This document shows, piece after piece, positions 1-12,920 of a DNA stretch of 64,000 nucleotides. How positions within the stretch are numbered: position 1 is the first letter of the stretch; the number at the start of each line of letters is the position of its first letter. The position numbers were made by a program, and so were the translations under genes. The notes under the pieces were generated by a model. That model had not been told where the DNA came from. It was given only the letters and a program-made list of their open reading frames with translations, and searched no databases. Origin of the DNA: Lingula anatina (lineage: Eukaryota; Animalia; Brachiopoda); assembly GCA_051362555.1 (NCBI GenBank), contig CM120646.1, positions 8,556,001 to 8,620,000 on the forward strand. The letters run 5' to 3'.

Positions 1-55
1 ATTTCTTGCCACAAAATTTTGAATGCTTATGAAATGAACTTTACCTGTTTTTCAG

Positions 56-283
56 TTTGAAGAACTCGTCCCTGAAAGCACCAAGACAAGCCACCCCCGA
101 GGCCTGGGCACTGACGTGGCTCTCGTCAGTAGCATGTGTTTTGCTGCGCAGTTCCTGTTGTCGGCGGGCCTCGGGAGCCTGGTCCACGCAGTGGGGAGTC
201 CTGTCGCGGTCGTGGTGTGTGCTGCGGTTTTTAGCTTGTTTGGGTCGCTTACAGCAACCAAAGTGCTATATTTAGATAAATAA
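56..283 (+). CDS. SLC45: Terminal coding exon of an SLC45-family (MATP/sugar-H+ symporter-like) transporter; the rest of the gene lies upstream of the window
   Basis: Acceptor ttttcag|56, phase 0, then FEELVPESTKTSHPRGLGTDVALVSSMCFAAQFLLSAGLGSLVHAVGSPVAVVVCAAVFSLFGSLTATKVLYLDK* (TAA 281-283). RGLGTD..AQ followed by two TM helices is the typical SLC45 C-terminus. This frame is not in the ORF track. Confidence 0.85.
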   Translation, partial: FEELVPESTKTSHPRGLGTDVALVSSMCFAAQFLLSAGLGSLVHAVGSPVAVVVCAAVFSLFGSLTATKVLYLDK

Positions 284-1942
284 GCCATGATGCCCCTCCC
301 CTAAGTGTCGAACCAGTGTTTATATCCGAATGGCAGTATCGCTGAGGCTTCTTTTGCTTAAGTAGAAGATGAAATGTTTCTGTAGCTTACTTTCTTACAT
401 ATTGTATTGTCGTTCAATTTGACTGGTTGAAAAGAGGCGTTGTCTCTTACAGAGCCGTTGACTAGAGCGCAAATAGCAAATCGTCTAACTGATTTCTGTG
501 GTTCATGTGCGCAATCGTCAAGTGTCAAACGTGCTAACTGATTGGTTCATCAATATATTTATAATTTCTTTGTGCAAATCTTACCAACGCATAATGCATC
601 GAATAAACTTGCCGAGGAGGACGTAAGTTTTTCATTTTCATATGTGCCTACACACTTCTGATTGACTGCAGAAAAGAATGCTTAGGTACTTGTACCGGTA
701 TTGCGGTAGTATGAATAAATGGCCATTTTAAACTACCGGTATCAAACACATCCTATTCACGTTTTATTGAGAGGCGTGTCTAGCAGACATGAGACACCAC
801 TTCCCTATCGAGATAATATTCAAAAGACGTCGAATAAACCGGGTATGTCTGCTGATGGAAGGGCCAAATAATGTGTAACAAACATGTTCAATACAAGTGC
901 GATCAATTTTGAGTAAGTGACGTTTGTCAAGGAATTAGATATTCTCAGCGTCGACAAAGCCTACTGCTAATAACGAGGCTTTACAATTAACAATTTAAAT
1001 CTCTCCTATAGAAAAATGTATCCTGAATCTGCACTGAAAGGCACACAATATACAAGTTGCAAGCCTACTCTGTCAAAGCACAAAGTTTGTAAAGTTCTAA
1101 ACAACAGAAGAAAGACTTTAATCAAATGAAATCGGAAATAGAAAGGGCTAATTTAATATTAAAGTTACAGAAACGTCGGGGGGGGGGGGGGGTACTAAAC
1201 AAATAGATTCTGGGAGCATCATTGGAGTGCTTCAGTCTGCTTTGTTACCTGCCTGCATGATGGCGATTAGAGCTTGGTTTTGAATGCAGTGAAAAAAGCT
1301 GATATTATTGCGAGACTAATTCGGTATAAGTTATACTGTTCTTAATGAGAGAGAGATTTAACAGGTAACAAATAATAGTAAATTAAACCTATATTGTTTG
1401 TCTTTGTTGTTTTATCAAATGCGCATAGACGACAGTTGACAGTGTGGCGTAGGAAAAATAAACAAGATCATCTGTCCTTCCTTTTTAATAATAAAACAAT
1501 TCTGATTAAAATAAAAACAGTTTAACAACAGTATGATGATGCGAGATCTTGAATACAGTCAGCGTTTGTGTATGGCCACTTTATACGGCACGATGGATTT
1601 TTCATAACTGCCTTTGTACCCGAAAAGCAATACCGCAAAATGATTTCCTCAGGAAACGAGACTATAAATTTCTACGTACTATTGATTAAAAGTACTTATG
1701 TTATATTTAATAGCGGCATTTATACCCAGGTTGTAGTTAATGACACAACAGAGCAAACAATAAAATCATGTACGTGTATCATCGTAGTAATAACCACTTA
1801 ATTGAAACATTCCTCGTATTTATCCTCGCATCTTAAGATTAGTGGGTTAAAATACAGATGCGGGTATGTTAAATAAGCAGAAATGAAACCATGTCCTCAT
1901 TTTCCTCGTTCAAAATATTTTTTTAAATCCAATGTCTGGGAT

Positions 1943-4900
1943 CTAACGCCTGCTTTGGACGCCCCCTATTCCAGGTAAAGCTACGCCATATTGTTGGCTG
2001 TGAAGTCGGGCGTGTTGGTGCCGAGCGGATGTGCTGTAATTAAGGTTATTTTCAGTTTGTCTTGTAGACCGACCTCGGTCAATCGCTGGAGCTGACTTTG
2101 TCATGGCGTCCATTTTTGGTTGATCCCAGTTTTGTGCATAAGATTTGGAGACATCATGAGGAAAACTGATTCCATCATAATCTGTCCACCCCGTGTCGTC
2201 TGCTGCATTGCCTTTTTGTTCAAGTCGAGTGCTTGCAGGAGGATTACCTCTTACGTACTGGTCCGTGTTAGTCACTCCGTTTCCCGCACCTCTATCGCTA
2301 TAGGCGCTCCACCTATTACGCTGCAGATGACTCTGGAAGTCAGAACGAGGTTCCTCGGTAGAGGGAGGTACGTATGATATCCTGTCTTGCACACCTACTC
2401 GTGCTTGTTCATTTTCCTCCGGATAGTCGTAATCAGGTGGGAGATAGTATTTTCTGTTGTAAGCTGCCATAGTATGTGTGTTTTCATATCTGGGTTCGGT
2501 GTCCTGCTGGTCACGCGTCTCGGGTATTTGTGAGGGCCCACTGGCCTGAGGGTATTGGCTATCCGTACTAATTTGTCTTGGAGTTTCACCTCTGTATTGA
2601 CCTTCCGATCCTCGAGCACGTGCCTGTAAATGAGAATAAAGGCAGATTCAATTTACATCTATCCCTACAAAACATTTTTTTCTTATAAGTTCTTAGAGGG
2701 TTGGGTCTGGGTTCTGTTTCTGATGTTTTATAAGACCAAAAATGGCACTGGTGCCAAGGTTACCGGCACGTGGGTGTATATCACGTACTCAGTACTTGTA
2801 CATGTCCTCCCACCACACACCCATGCAACGTGCCTAAATAATGTCATTAAGGAGCTATTTAACATCTACTGGTTGTTATGCCGATGTTCAACAACTACTT
2901 CCTGACACACCTAGACAAATTTTGTATTGTAACATTTTTTTCTTATAAGTTCTTAGAGGGTGGGGTCTGGGTTCTGTTTCTGATGTTTTATAAGACCAAA
3001 AATGGCACTGGTGCCAAGGTTACCGGCACGTGGGTGTATATCACGTACTCAGTACTTGTACATGTCCTCCCACCACACACCCATGCAACGTGCCTAAATA
3101 ATGTCATTAAGGAGCTATTTAACATCTACTGGTTGTTATGCCGATCGATGTTCAACAACTACTTCCTGACACACCTAGACAAATTTTGTATTGTATCCCC
3201 CCCCTCCCCCCCCCCCCGATATCCAACACTCGAGTACATGGTAATTACAGTGCGGGCATTGCCCGTGCAGCGACAAGCTAATTACGAGATAAATAAGTTT
3301 GTATTTCATGTTCAAACAAAAAATACCTCATTGTAAAAGTAGTTTACATATATCGGATTATAAAGGTCGGTTCTGTCCGCCGTCTTTGGCAGTCTTGATG
3401 GATAACTGTTACCACCAGCTCTCGGTACATTTTGTGTTTGTCCTGTGGGATCGTACGGGTCTCGACCAATCGATACAGGACCCTGGCCACGTGATCCGCC
3501 ACTATGCTGTGTTCCAAGACGTCCGCGTGCAACAGATGCTGGACGGCCATTTTGGGGGAAACCACCAAGGCTCCTGTTATAATATGGTGGACGAGAAGGC
3601 CCGCCATTGTGTCTAAAGTTGTAAAAAGACTCAGAGTCGGGATCTGGGACAGGATCTTCATCGTACAAGGTATTGGGCTCGCTTGTGTCGATGGGAGGTT
3701 CGTTCCTGAAGTCTTGTATGGAGGCCATGTATTTGTTTATCACAGGGTTCATGTGGTGACTTCGTGGCTTTTTTGTCTTGGATTTGCGTTGCTGGAGGCA
3801 GACAAATACCAATAGCGCAACAGCAGCGAGAAATAACACGCCCGCAGTCGTGCCAAATGCTATGGCATATACCAAAGCCTGAGAAAGCTCTGAAAAATAT
3901 AAAGTTAATATTAGTATTACAGCATGTATATTAAATACATACTTAACACTGAAGTTACATAAAACATTTCTCTATTAATGTTGAATCTGGCAATACATAA
4001 ATTACTAGTTGTTTGGGAAACTTATTGATAGCATAGCTTTAAATCCATTAAAAAATTTGGAAGGAAAATAGCAACAGGACATAAATCTGCCAAGTTGTCT
4101 GTTGACCTATTTTTCGTATGGAGTTTAATTTATGTATAGAAGTTTGAATATTCGGATGCACTTAAAGCTTATACACGTAAAACTACTTTCCATAAATAAT
4201 ATCAACCTACATAAGAAAGTAAAGGAAAAGAAAAAAATAGGAAAAGGCATAAATACTTATAAATTTATAGGTAAACTAAATAATGGTTCATGTTAATAGG
4301 GAAAAGAGACAATCTTTTTAAAAGATTTTATTATTAACGCCCTTAAACTTTTAAGTTAAGTTAATGTCATTATTGTATTGTAATCTTTAACAATTTAATA
4401 ATAATACAGTACATTGAACTGTATCATAATGGAATGTGCTATTTAAGAAATGAATATTGTTATAATCAAAACCATCGATCGCGCACAAAAGGTCTTTTTT
4501 CCTTCAGTATAAGCCCTTACACTAGGATGTTAAAAGGTTTCAGACTCGAATATCGCCAAACACATCACGGAATCCATATTGAAAATGAAAGAAAAAACAA
4601 AAGAAAAGGTCCCTACTACGGATTGCGTTAAAAAAACGAATATTAGATGTAGTTTTTCGATAATTATCCTAATTTGAAATCACACAGTGTTACCGAAACA
4701 CAAAACTTTTAAGTAAAAATTAAAAAATGTACACGCTCTCTGCAAACCGGTCAACATTGTCCCAAAGTGTCTGTATCAAAAATGCGCGATACAAGAAAGG
4801 TTACATGTATTTGTCCAACATTCCATTGTGATTCGGGCAACTACATGTAGGGTAAAAAATGAATCAAACCAAACCAAACTGAGATAAATCACATGTGTAC

Positions 4901-5487
4901 ATGATTGAATATGAAAATTTCAAGAATTCTCACCAGTGTGTGTGTGTGTGTGTTTGTGTGTTTGTGTGTGTGTGAGAGAGAAAGAGAGAGAGAGAGAGGA
5001 AGGGAGGGGGTCGCCAAGAGTTGGCATGTTGAAATTTCAACGTAAGGGAAAAATCTGAGACAGAGGCATGACTGTCACGCAGATGAAAAAAGGAGTCAAA
5101 TGACATTATTGATTGACGTTCAGACCACCGCAAAGACAGCGGGGGATATAATATGTGTTTAATCGGAAACCTCTCTAACTGAGAACCAGCTCACGTACTC
5201 GTTCAAATACTTCTATTCATTTTAAATGCTCACTTGAGAGCACGTTAAACTCTAGTTTTGTATCAAAGTCTGCACAGTCGATACGCGTGTCACAGCCATA
5301 GAATCAGTTAACATAACGTTTAATATAATGTCTGCACAACCAGTCGCAACCCGTACTTTAAATCAATACTAAAAGCTGACTTGATATTCACATTTCTTAC
5401 TCTTAAATGGATGTCTCAAACATACTCACCAGCCGAGACAACACCTACGTTCAACGCTAGGTGAGTCAGCACAGTTAGACGATGCAT
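1943..5487 (-). CDS. Uncharacterised type I single-pass membrane protein (~433 aa) with a very short ectodomain and a long Tyr-rich, low-complexity cytoplasmic tail
   Basis: Exon 5487-5430 (MHRLTVLTHLALNVGVVSA, donor G|GTGAGT). Exon 3889-3327 (acceptor tttttcag; ELSQA, TM helix, QQRKSKTKK; donor GAG|GTATTT, alternative phase-0 donor at 3347). Exon 2623-1943 (acceptor tttacag, open to TAG). Phases 1/0 join ORFs 3312..3875 and 1943..2470 into one frame. Confidence 0.75.
2671..3194. repeat. Near-perfect 260-bp tandem duplication in intron 2 of the membrane-protein gene
   Basis: 2671-2930 is repeated at 2931-3194 with one visible substitution and a 4-bp insertion; a poly-C run follows. Confidence 0.9.
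4937..4998. repeat. Compound (TG)n/(AG)n microsatellite
   Basis: Directly visible. Confidence 0.9.
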
Positions 5488-7399
5488 GGTAAGACGGCGG
5501 GCACATGAAATCAAAGCCACTACTGATTAACTAGCTTCTACGGCTAAAGACTTGCACTGGCATCGACGTGTTCGGAAAGCTGTAAAAATACCGTCTCAAG
5601 TTTAAACAGCTTCAGCCCCAGCAGTAGAATAATAGCAGTGAGTCTGACAGGGCTCCACATACACTGTATGTAGGGCACTCAAATCAATCTCAGCTCCTTC
5701 CTTGGAGGTCAGAACAAGCAGTTCAACCCTGACGTAGTACAACTTTTTCTAGTCAGTGACTAGTCTAAATTTCCTTCGGTTTTTGTGGGCGCTACTCCCT
5801 GTCTGTGTGCGTGGCTTATGATGTTGATTCAGGACCTAATAATCTCATTACAATGGCACATTACAAATATCCTCTTTCCCTTTGCTCCATGTCTGTCCTC
5901 ATCTTGGGACCACCGCCCCCAGTATCGGCACTCACCATCCAGGAAGTAACCGATTAGTGCACTTTATATGTATTACGGCGCCTTACGAATAAGTCACGCC
6001 CTTCCAGCTTGGCGCTGTTTTCCTCCCCCGTGTAAACACGTTTTGTGCGACCAGGGTGTGTATGTGTGCTATTCAGACGCAGTGCCTATTCAAGCGATGT
6101 TTACCTTCATGGCGGGGACACAATAGCTAAGGGGTGAATGATTTGTGGGGTCAAATAATGGGATGCATATAGAAAAAATACATGATATCAATATGATATC
6201 AACATGCATACCCTACCATATACAGCGTTGACAGTTTCAAATTATATCTATTATCAGTCCTACCCTCTTCCAGGGCACAGATTGATTTTTTGCTAGATAT
6301 TCACAGATAATGTCTCCGGCTAAATATAGTGAATCTTTTAACTGTGGTAGTGACTGGTGGAAAATGCCCTGGGAGAGGGTATATCACTCCATCGTGCAAG
6401 AGGCAGGGCATGTCCAATTTTTAAAGTTTATTTACACATAATTCATGCAAATACGTGCTGCGTCGTCCGCCGAGACCAAGTCAATCGATCCCCATTTCCA
6501 TAATTTCGGCATTATTCTACCATCCCATAGCTTTTCTTGGATGAGCCCCCCTCCCCCAACACATTTAAATCTGGTCTGTAAGCGCCTGTATGCATTTAAA
6601 TGAAATTGTGAAAAAACTTTTAAAAGCAGTCTTTATTTTCCTGTATATTATTACCTGTTTGATAGATTCCACTTGCGAAATTTGTTCGAACATCCAGATA
6701 TTGCGCTCCAAATTGTTTTAATTGTATAAATATGCAAGATGAATTTTTTATCTTAAAAGCACTACTAAATTTTAAGCTAGGATTGAGTTTTTTTATTAAA
6801 CGCTTAACATGGATGAAACAATGCCCCGTTTATAATATTTTCACCATAAACAAGTCCAAAGTTGCCGGGGTCTGAGGTATCTCCATAATACTCAATGGAA
6901 AACAGAGAAAAGCAAATACTGTACAATAAGAAATCTTCACTAAAATGTTAAATAAAAAATTACAGAAGGTGAACAAAATTTCTCCTCTTCTAAACAATTA
7001 CATTAGCCCGTACACAATTAATCGCACGCGCGCTCGTGCACGTGTGTAAGAGGAAGAGATACGCGAATAGTATAAAGAAACATTCTTTTCTTAATGCCAA
7101 AAGAATAACCTGACGATAATCAAAGTGCCAAAATATTATAAAGTATATTTCGTGATTTTTGGTAGAGGATAAAGCATACATGTCAGAACTAAAAAATTTC
7201 ACAACAAAGGCTCCTAATTTAAACAACTTTGAGACCTAAAACTATTTCTTGAAATAAACTTACTAACATCAATTTCAATTAGCCAAATAAAATAGATAAA
7301 ATAAAAATAAAAAATGAATAATAAAATAAATAAACAAACGCTCCTATTTTCCTCTAAATAAGTGACATCAGGAATCTGAGAATTATTAAACTACGCCCT

Positions 7400-9608
7400 T
7401 TAATTTTTTAGATTTCCACAAAACTTCCCCTGCAGTTCTGCACTCGTGTTCGAGCGAAAATGACGGTCATGTTTTTCGAAATTGTCGGCAAAGTCATTAT
7501 ATACCTGGTATTTAGTGCTTATAATGGAAATAGGGAGGCTAGTCAGCACCAGCCCAGAACAAATACAGATAACGCCTATCAAATAACCAATAACACCTGT
7601 AGGGTGCACATCCCCGTAACCAACAGTTGTCATGGTAACGATTGTCCACCAATATCCAATAAACATGTTTGGGAATTTATTACTTTCCTCTGCCATTTCA
7701 GCATAGTAGATAACTGGACCAAAAATAAGTAGACCTACTGTTAAAACCAACATTATTAGGCCGAAATCCTTTGCGCATGCTTTAAGAGTTAGATAAATTA
7801 CTCGTAACTTCTTTGAAATCGCACACAGGCGAAATAGCTTGGTTGCACGAATTACATCAGATGTGATTCTGAAAAATCTAAAAACAGACATGTTGGTGTC
7901 AGTGAAGTACAGAATAACACTTCCATAGCCACTAAAAAGCCAGATCATTGTTAGCACATGAACCGGCATCTTCAAGGCTATGAATATATTGGGAGCGGAC
8001 AAGATGACCAATATGATATCTATTGTGAAGAAAACGAAGGCTGCAAGTTGAATCATCATTATGCTGAGGGGTTCCTTGGTCGCCAAGAGGTCCCCGAATT
8101 CCCCTGGAACAGTGATGTTTTCTGCGTCATCTGCGTTGCCGTTGAATGTTATCCTGATAATAGACAGTGTGCCAAGTGCTGGAAATATCGCAGTTACTAT
8201 CAGGATGGCGGTATACAACCAGAAATATATCTGAAAATATTGGATACATTTTCTGATAAATACAAATTTATGTCAATACTCCGCAATTTTCTCAAATTTT
8301 GTACGTGACTTGGAGTGATAGTATTTGACTTGGTAGTGGGAAATTTATCAGAATTTAAATTCAATATTAATGATTAAAATATTGCTCTTAAAATACTTAA
8401 ACTTTGGAAATATAAAAAACGATATCAATTGAGCCCATAGAAGTACATGTAGGTTTTGGCTAGATTGGCAAATTTCATTAGTCGAGGCCCTTTCAAAGCC
8501 TCTAGATCTCGTGTAAATGCCCCTTACATAAATGTAAAAAAGTCCTGTTTACTGACAGCAATAATTTATATTTCAAGGCAAATCTAGTTAATGGTAAATA
8601 CGTGATAATGGGTCTAAGTATTGCGATGAAAAAAGGAAGTATTGTTAAAATAATTAACAGAGGTACTTGTAAAATGACTATGGTTTGTTATGCAAATAAT
8701 TACCAAATAAATCAGAAGCCGTTTAGTTAAAAATCAAGTTTTGATTTCAGTCTTTTTGGTCACAAAATTTGGAACGTGAACATATTGTCGAGATATACTG
8801 ATATTATTGGTTGTTTACCTATACATGAATCCTGGATTTAATCACCGCTTATATTATGTTCTACTATCTTCGCTTGTATAATGTTTTGTAGGAAAATAAA
8901 AGAGCTTTATCATTTTCACGACCATCCACTTTTTTATTACTTAAAAATTAATTAAAATGCCTAAGAAGTTACCAATGCTCCCTTGGATGACGTTGGGCAG
9001 GCCAAAAAATTCCAGATGGTTTTTCGCTTAGACGCAGGCAGACAATTTAAAGGCTCATTCTCTGTGTGTTTTTCATCAAACATTGCAAATTCCTCACATA
9101 TCTGTCGATTTTCTCTCTCCTTATTCCTGTATTCGTTGAAAGCATCAAAACAGCAGTTGGGAAGGTTAGGGTCGGAAACAACCCAAAAAACCAATTCTTC
9201 TCGCAATCTCTCGCTACACAGACTTGGAGAAACATGCAGAGCGCCGGTGCGCAGATATTCAAGTACGCATTCAAAATACTTCGGGTTGCGATCAAAATAG
9301 TATTCCCCGACTTTCACCGATCGGTTTCTTTTGTGGTGCTCCGCAATCTTCTCAAATTTTGTACCCGCTATACTGGTTAGGGTAGCTGTACAAGTAACAA
9401 ATCGCTGACCACCAATATTTATAGTAACTCTATCGGTGACTCTTCCTAAACCTATCTCTCTTTCAATGGCATCAACGTCCAGTAGTGCTTCCAATTGGTT
9501 TGGGTTTTCTCCACAACTAGAAAGAATAGCCCACTTCTCCCCTGTAACTGAAGCGCGAGCGTTTGTTCCAGTTTTGGAGGGATAGCCAGGGAGAGCAGTG
9601 CCCTGCAT
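7400..9608 (-). CDS. Voltage-gated K+ channel subunit, divergent Shaw/Kv3-like (~488 aa), probably a regulatory ('silent') type
   Basis: Exon 9608-8973 encodes the T1/BTB domain (RVTINIGGQRF, EYYFDRNPKYFECVLEYLRTGALH, LREELVFW, CC), donor TTG|GTAACT. Exon 8230-7400 (acceptor ttttcag) encodes S1-S6 with YYAE and pore WWTIVTMTTVGYGDVHP. Phase-0 junction. Confidence 0.92.
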
Positions 9609-11232
9609 CTTGTAGTTTGGTCTGAGGTGACTCTAGTGATTGCTGTTACTTGCTGTCACTTGTATTTCTTATATCCTCTCTCGTCTACTTATGGTCGAAC
9701 AGAGGCCGCATTCCACGCACTGATCACGAAAAAAGACGAATGCATCATTTGTTTATCAGTGTATTAAAGCAAGAATCGATTTTGGATAAAGGCTTCTATT
9801 CAATCAAGAGAAAAGTTGTAAAACTATCGATTCGCCACACTCTTCTTTTATTTCGTATGGAAGCCGAAATAATACCTGGAAACATTAAGTTATCCAAACT
9901 ACCGAGAAACAGTGACGCAAAGAAATGTGGATACAATCCCAGAAGCGCACATTTACATGTGCGCTATTTTGAAGCACTCGCGATACTGTCGTATATCTTA
10001 CAGCGTTTTTATGGGCACCACTGTATCCACTTAATCTTTGACCTGGTCCACACTATAGATATTGATGGTTTTGAGAACAGATTGCTTCATCCGTCTTAAA
10101 ATGCCATTTACGCTGCTAGATGACTAACGCAAATACAAACACGGGCGTTATGTCATCTTTAATTTCAGTAATTATGGAATGCGTGTCATGTATACGGGGC
10201 AATACATCACTTTCATCGACACAAGTACGTGGTTACCATTGTTTGCGAACCATGCATATGGGTGCTATTTTTCGCAGACATACAGATACCCCTTATTTTC
10301 AAAGTCCTTTTTACACTGATTTAATCTAAAGCAACAGTTTGCACTGCATCCAAACCAAGACCTCACAATTTGCAGGATAAGTCTGAATATGGTCTTATGG
10401 GGCGGAATTGATGAATTGTGACTAGGCCCTGGTTTTTATTGCAATTTAGACTTTCTTTAAATTTGTCTCACATTAAAAACTCCCGACGGTTCCTAGAAAT
10501 AATGGTGTATATCTGTTCTGCCAATACTAGGCCCAATTTTTACCGTAAGTAAAAATAACTTTTGTAGTCTTTCAGTGGCTTCTTCATTGATAACTTGGGG
10601 TTGATAGGTGAATGGTCATTAGGTTCACTACGTCGTAACTGGTCTTAAAGCTTTTGTGAAATTAAGGACTATAAATTTAACTATATAATTCCATTTTATC
10701 GCATTATATACCGTGTTCTAGATTAGACAGTGTGGATATATACCAAGGTATTTTTATGCATCATATTTCAGGCATTTCGTTCATTGAACTATAAGATAAA
10801 GTGCTTCGCTGGGCAAACAAGTTTCTTGGTGCTCCCACCACCCACAAAAATACAGTACATGTAACAATGGATCCGTCAAGTAACACTATAGCCTAAAAGG
10901 AGTGGTGCTCCTTAACTTTACACTAAGTCGAGAGTTTTGCAAAGTAAAAACACTAAATGCTCTCCAAGGCATAAATATATGTTCGAGTGCCTGGTTTAAT
11001 ACCCTGTAGGGCGCATCGGACAAGTCAGTAATCTGATAAACAAAACAAAGGAACCTTTATGCTATTACCTTGCTGTGGTTTTGTCGGAAAGGTTTTACAA
11101 ACACCCAATGTTGGGTCAATGAATGTGTTTGTCTAGCCTGCCATCCCCCAACCTGCTAATGATCATCAACAAATTCAAATAAACCAAACGCATGCTTCAT
11201 TGAAACGATCAATAAATAAGAAAAAATACAAA

Positions 11233-11541
11233 ACTAGAAAAGCACTCCTAGAGCGCAGACCTCCGCCAAGGCAGCAAAGTCTCCACCCAATGCCGTTTCA
11301 CCCCTAAATTTTCATTCTATAATGATTTAGTTTTTGATTATTGATTATTAATTATTGATTGATTATTGATCTGGATCACCACCAAAAACTAATCATCTGT
11401 TCCTTGGCCCACTTCTGACAGTTCCTGAAAATTTCATCAAAGTCGGTCCATAACTTTTTGAGTTATGTTGATGACAGACAGACAGAAAGACAGACAGACA
11501 AACAAACAGGGGTGAAAACATAACCTCCTTGGCGGAGGTAA
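11233..11541 (-). mobile_element. HINE/DINE-1-like non-autonomous Helentron element
   Basis: Subterminal inverted repeats acctccgccaagg (11259-11271) and ccttggcggaggt (11527-11539), an internal (GACA)n microsatellite, a terminal hairpin gcactc-cta-gagcgc and a CTAGT end next to an A/T run. Confidence 0.75.
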
Positions 11542-12920
11542 ATATTGCAACAAAATTTAAACAATTTAATTCATAAGGCATCCAATGTGCGTTAGACCTT
11601 AATATTGCAAAATAATTTTATAGGCGCCGGCTTTATCATCAAGATGTTCCTTTACCAGAACCGTAAAGAAAGTAATACTGGGTTCCCAAGCCTAGATCGA
11701 TCCATCTAGATCGGTCTTACTTCCCGGGGAACTAACGTATGTCGAACTCCACGTAATGAAGCGAGACATTTCAACCGAATTATAGTTACTTTCTTACAAC
11801 TAACTGTTCACTGGAATCCTCACCATGAAGATATCTATGAATTCCGCATATAATAAGAAATTATATACAACATTTTTCCTTTTAATATATTTTACTATCA
11901 AAACGCATGTCCTCAGGGGCCCAGTCCTGAATCACGTGGAATTAAACTAAGACATGAGTCCACCCACTCACACATAAACATACATATCTATTTTTGAATT
12001 AACATGATTAGAAATATAAATTAAAATAATTTTTTAAACGAAGCAATTTTAGTTATTTCTTCAATCTACTATTCTACTGCACCGTGTACGAGAGTGATGC
12101 TTCTCGATGATTTCTGGCACGAAGGACCGCGCCAAACAGGAAAGTGATCGACCGCACTTGTGGTTCATAATGCAGCAAAAATATTTACAGTCGTACCGTG
12201 AAATCGCTATTAAAGAAATTGACTTGTCGAACGGAATCACAAATCTGTTGCTCAAAGTCACAAAGATTTCTTTGATAACATTGGGATACCATTTTGAGAG
12301 ACAGGCTTATTTGATCCAAGCACGGTGAGGCGGGAACCAGACCGCTGGTATCCATATGTGATCAGTATAAAAAAACTCCACACACAACCTTACACTTTGA
12401 TGTGTATAATTGTCTTCATTCGTATTTGGAAGAGACCTCCTTACTGGTTGACCTTCACAGTGATCCTCCTCGACTTCGTGTTCCTCTGCCATTTTGACCA
12501 ATTCTGCATTTCCAGACTTTTACTAGCTGGCAAGCAGTAAAATAATATCAATTCAAACACTACTATGGTTGAAAAGTGATAATGACGATCCTAAATTATG
12601 ACAAACCTTGGGCAAATAAAACGTTTTATTTGTTTATTCATAATTCATTGAAAAAGCAGAAAATACGAGTTGGATATCACAAACTACCGAAAATAAAAAC
12701 TTTGTTTAGCAAATGAAGAAAAAGCCGCATTTACCAGTCCCGGGGATGGAACTCTTCAAGGATCATGCTAAATAATAAAAATGCTTCACGCTTCTTGGGG
12801 AAAATAAAAAGTGGCTTTCACGGGTAACGAAAATACCCAGAGGGGCCCTAATATGTTTTATACACCTACTCTATAAACAATACATCACAAGTATTATCAT
12901 ATGTCTATTTTGCACTGTAT

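Noticed and set aside
52-288. ORF-track ORFs 52..288 (-) and 57..275 (+)
   Set aside because: Shadow frames of the SLC45 exon, which is read from 56 in another frame.
2630-3336. ORFs 2630..2905 and 2878..3336 with repeated peptide
   Set aside because: They arise from the intronic 260-bp duplication, antisense to the real gene.
9650-10099. 149-aa + strand ORF upstream of the K+ channel
   Set aside because: TTG start, no recognisable motif and no splice support.
12061-12850. Short ORFs, including MAEEHEVEEDH... (-), possibly a transposon relic
   Set aside because: No domain or element ends could be established.
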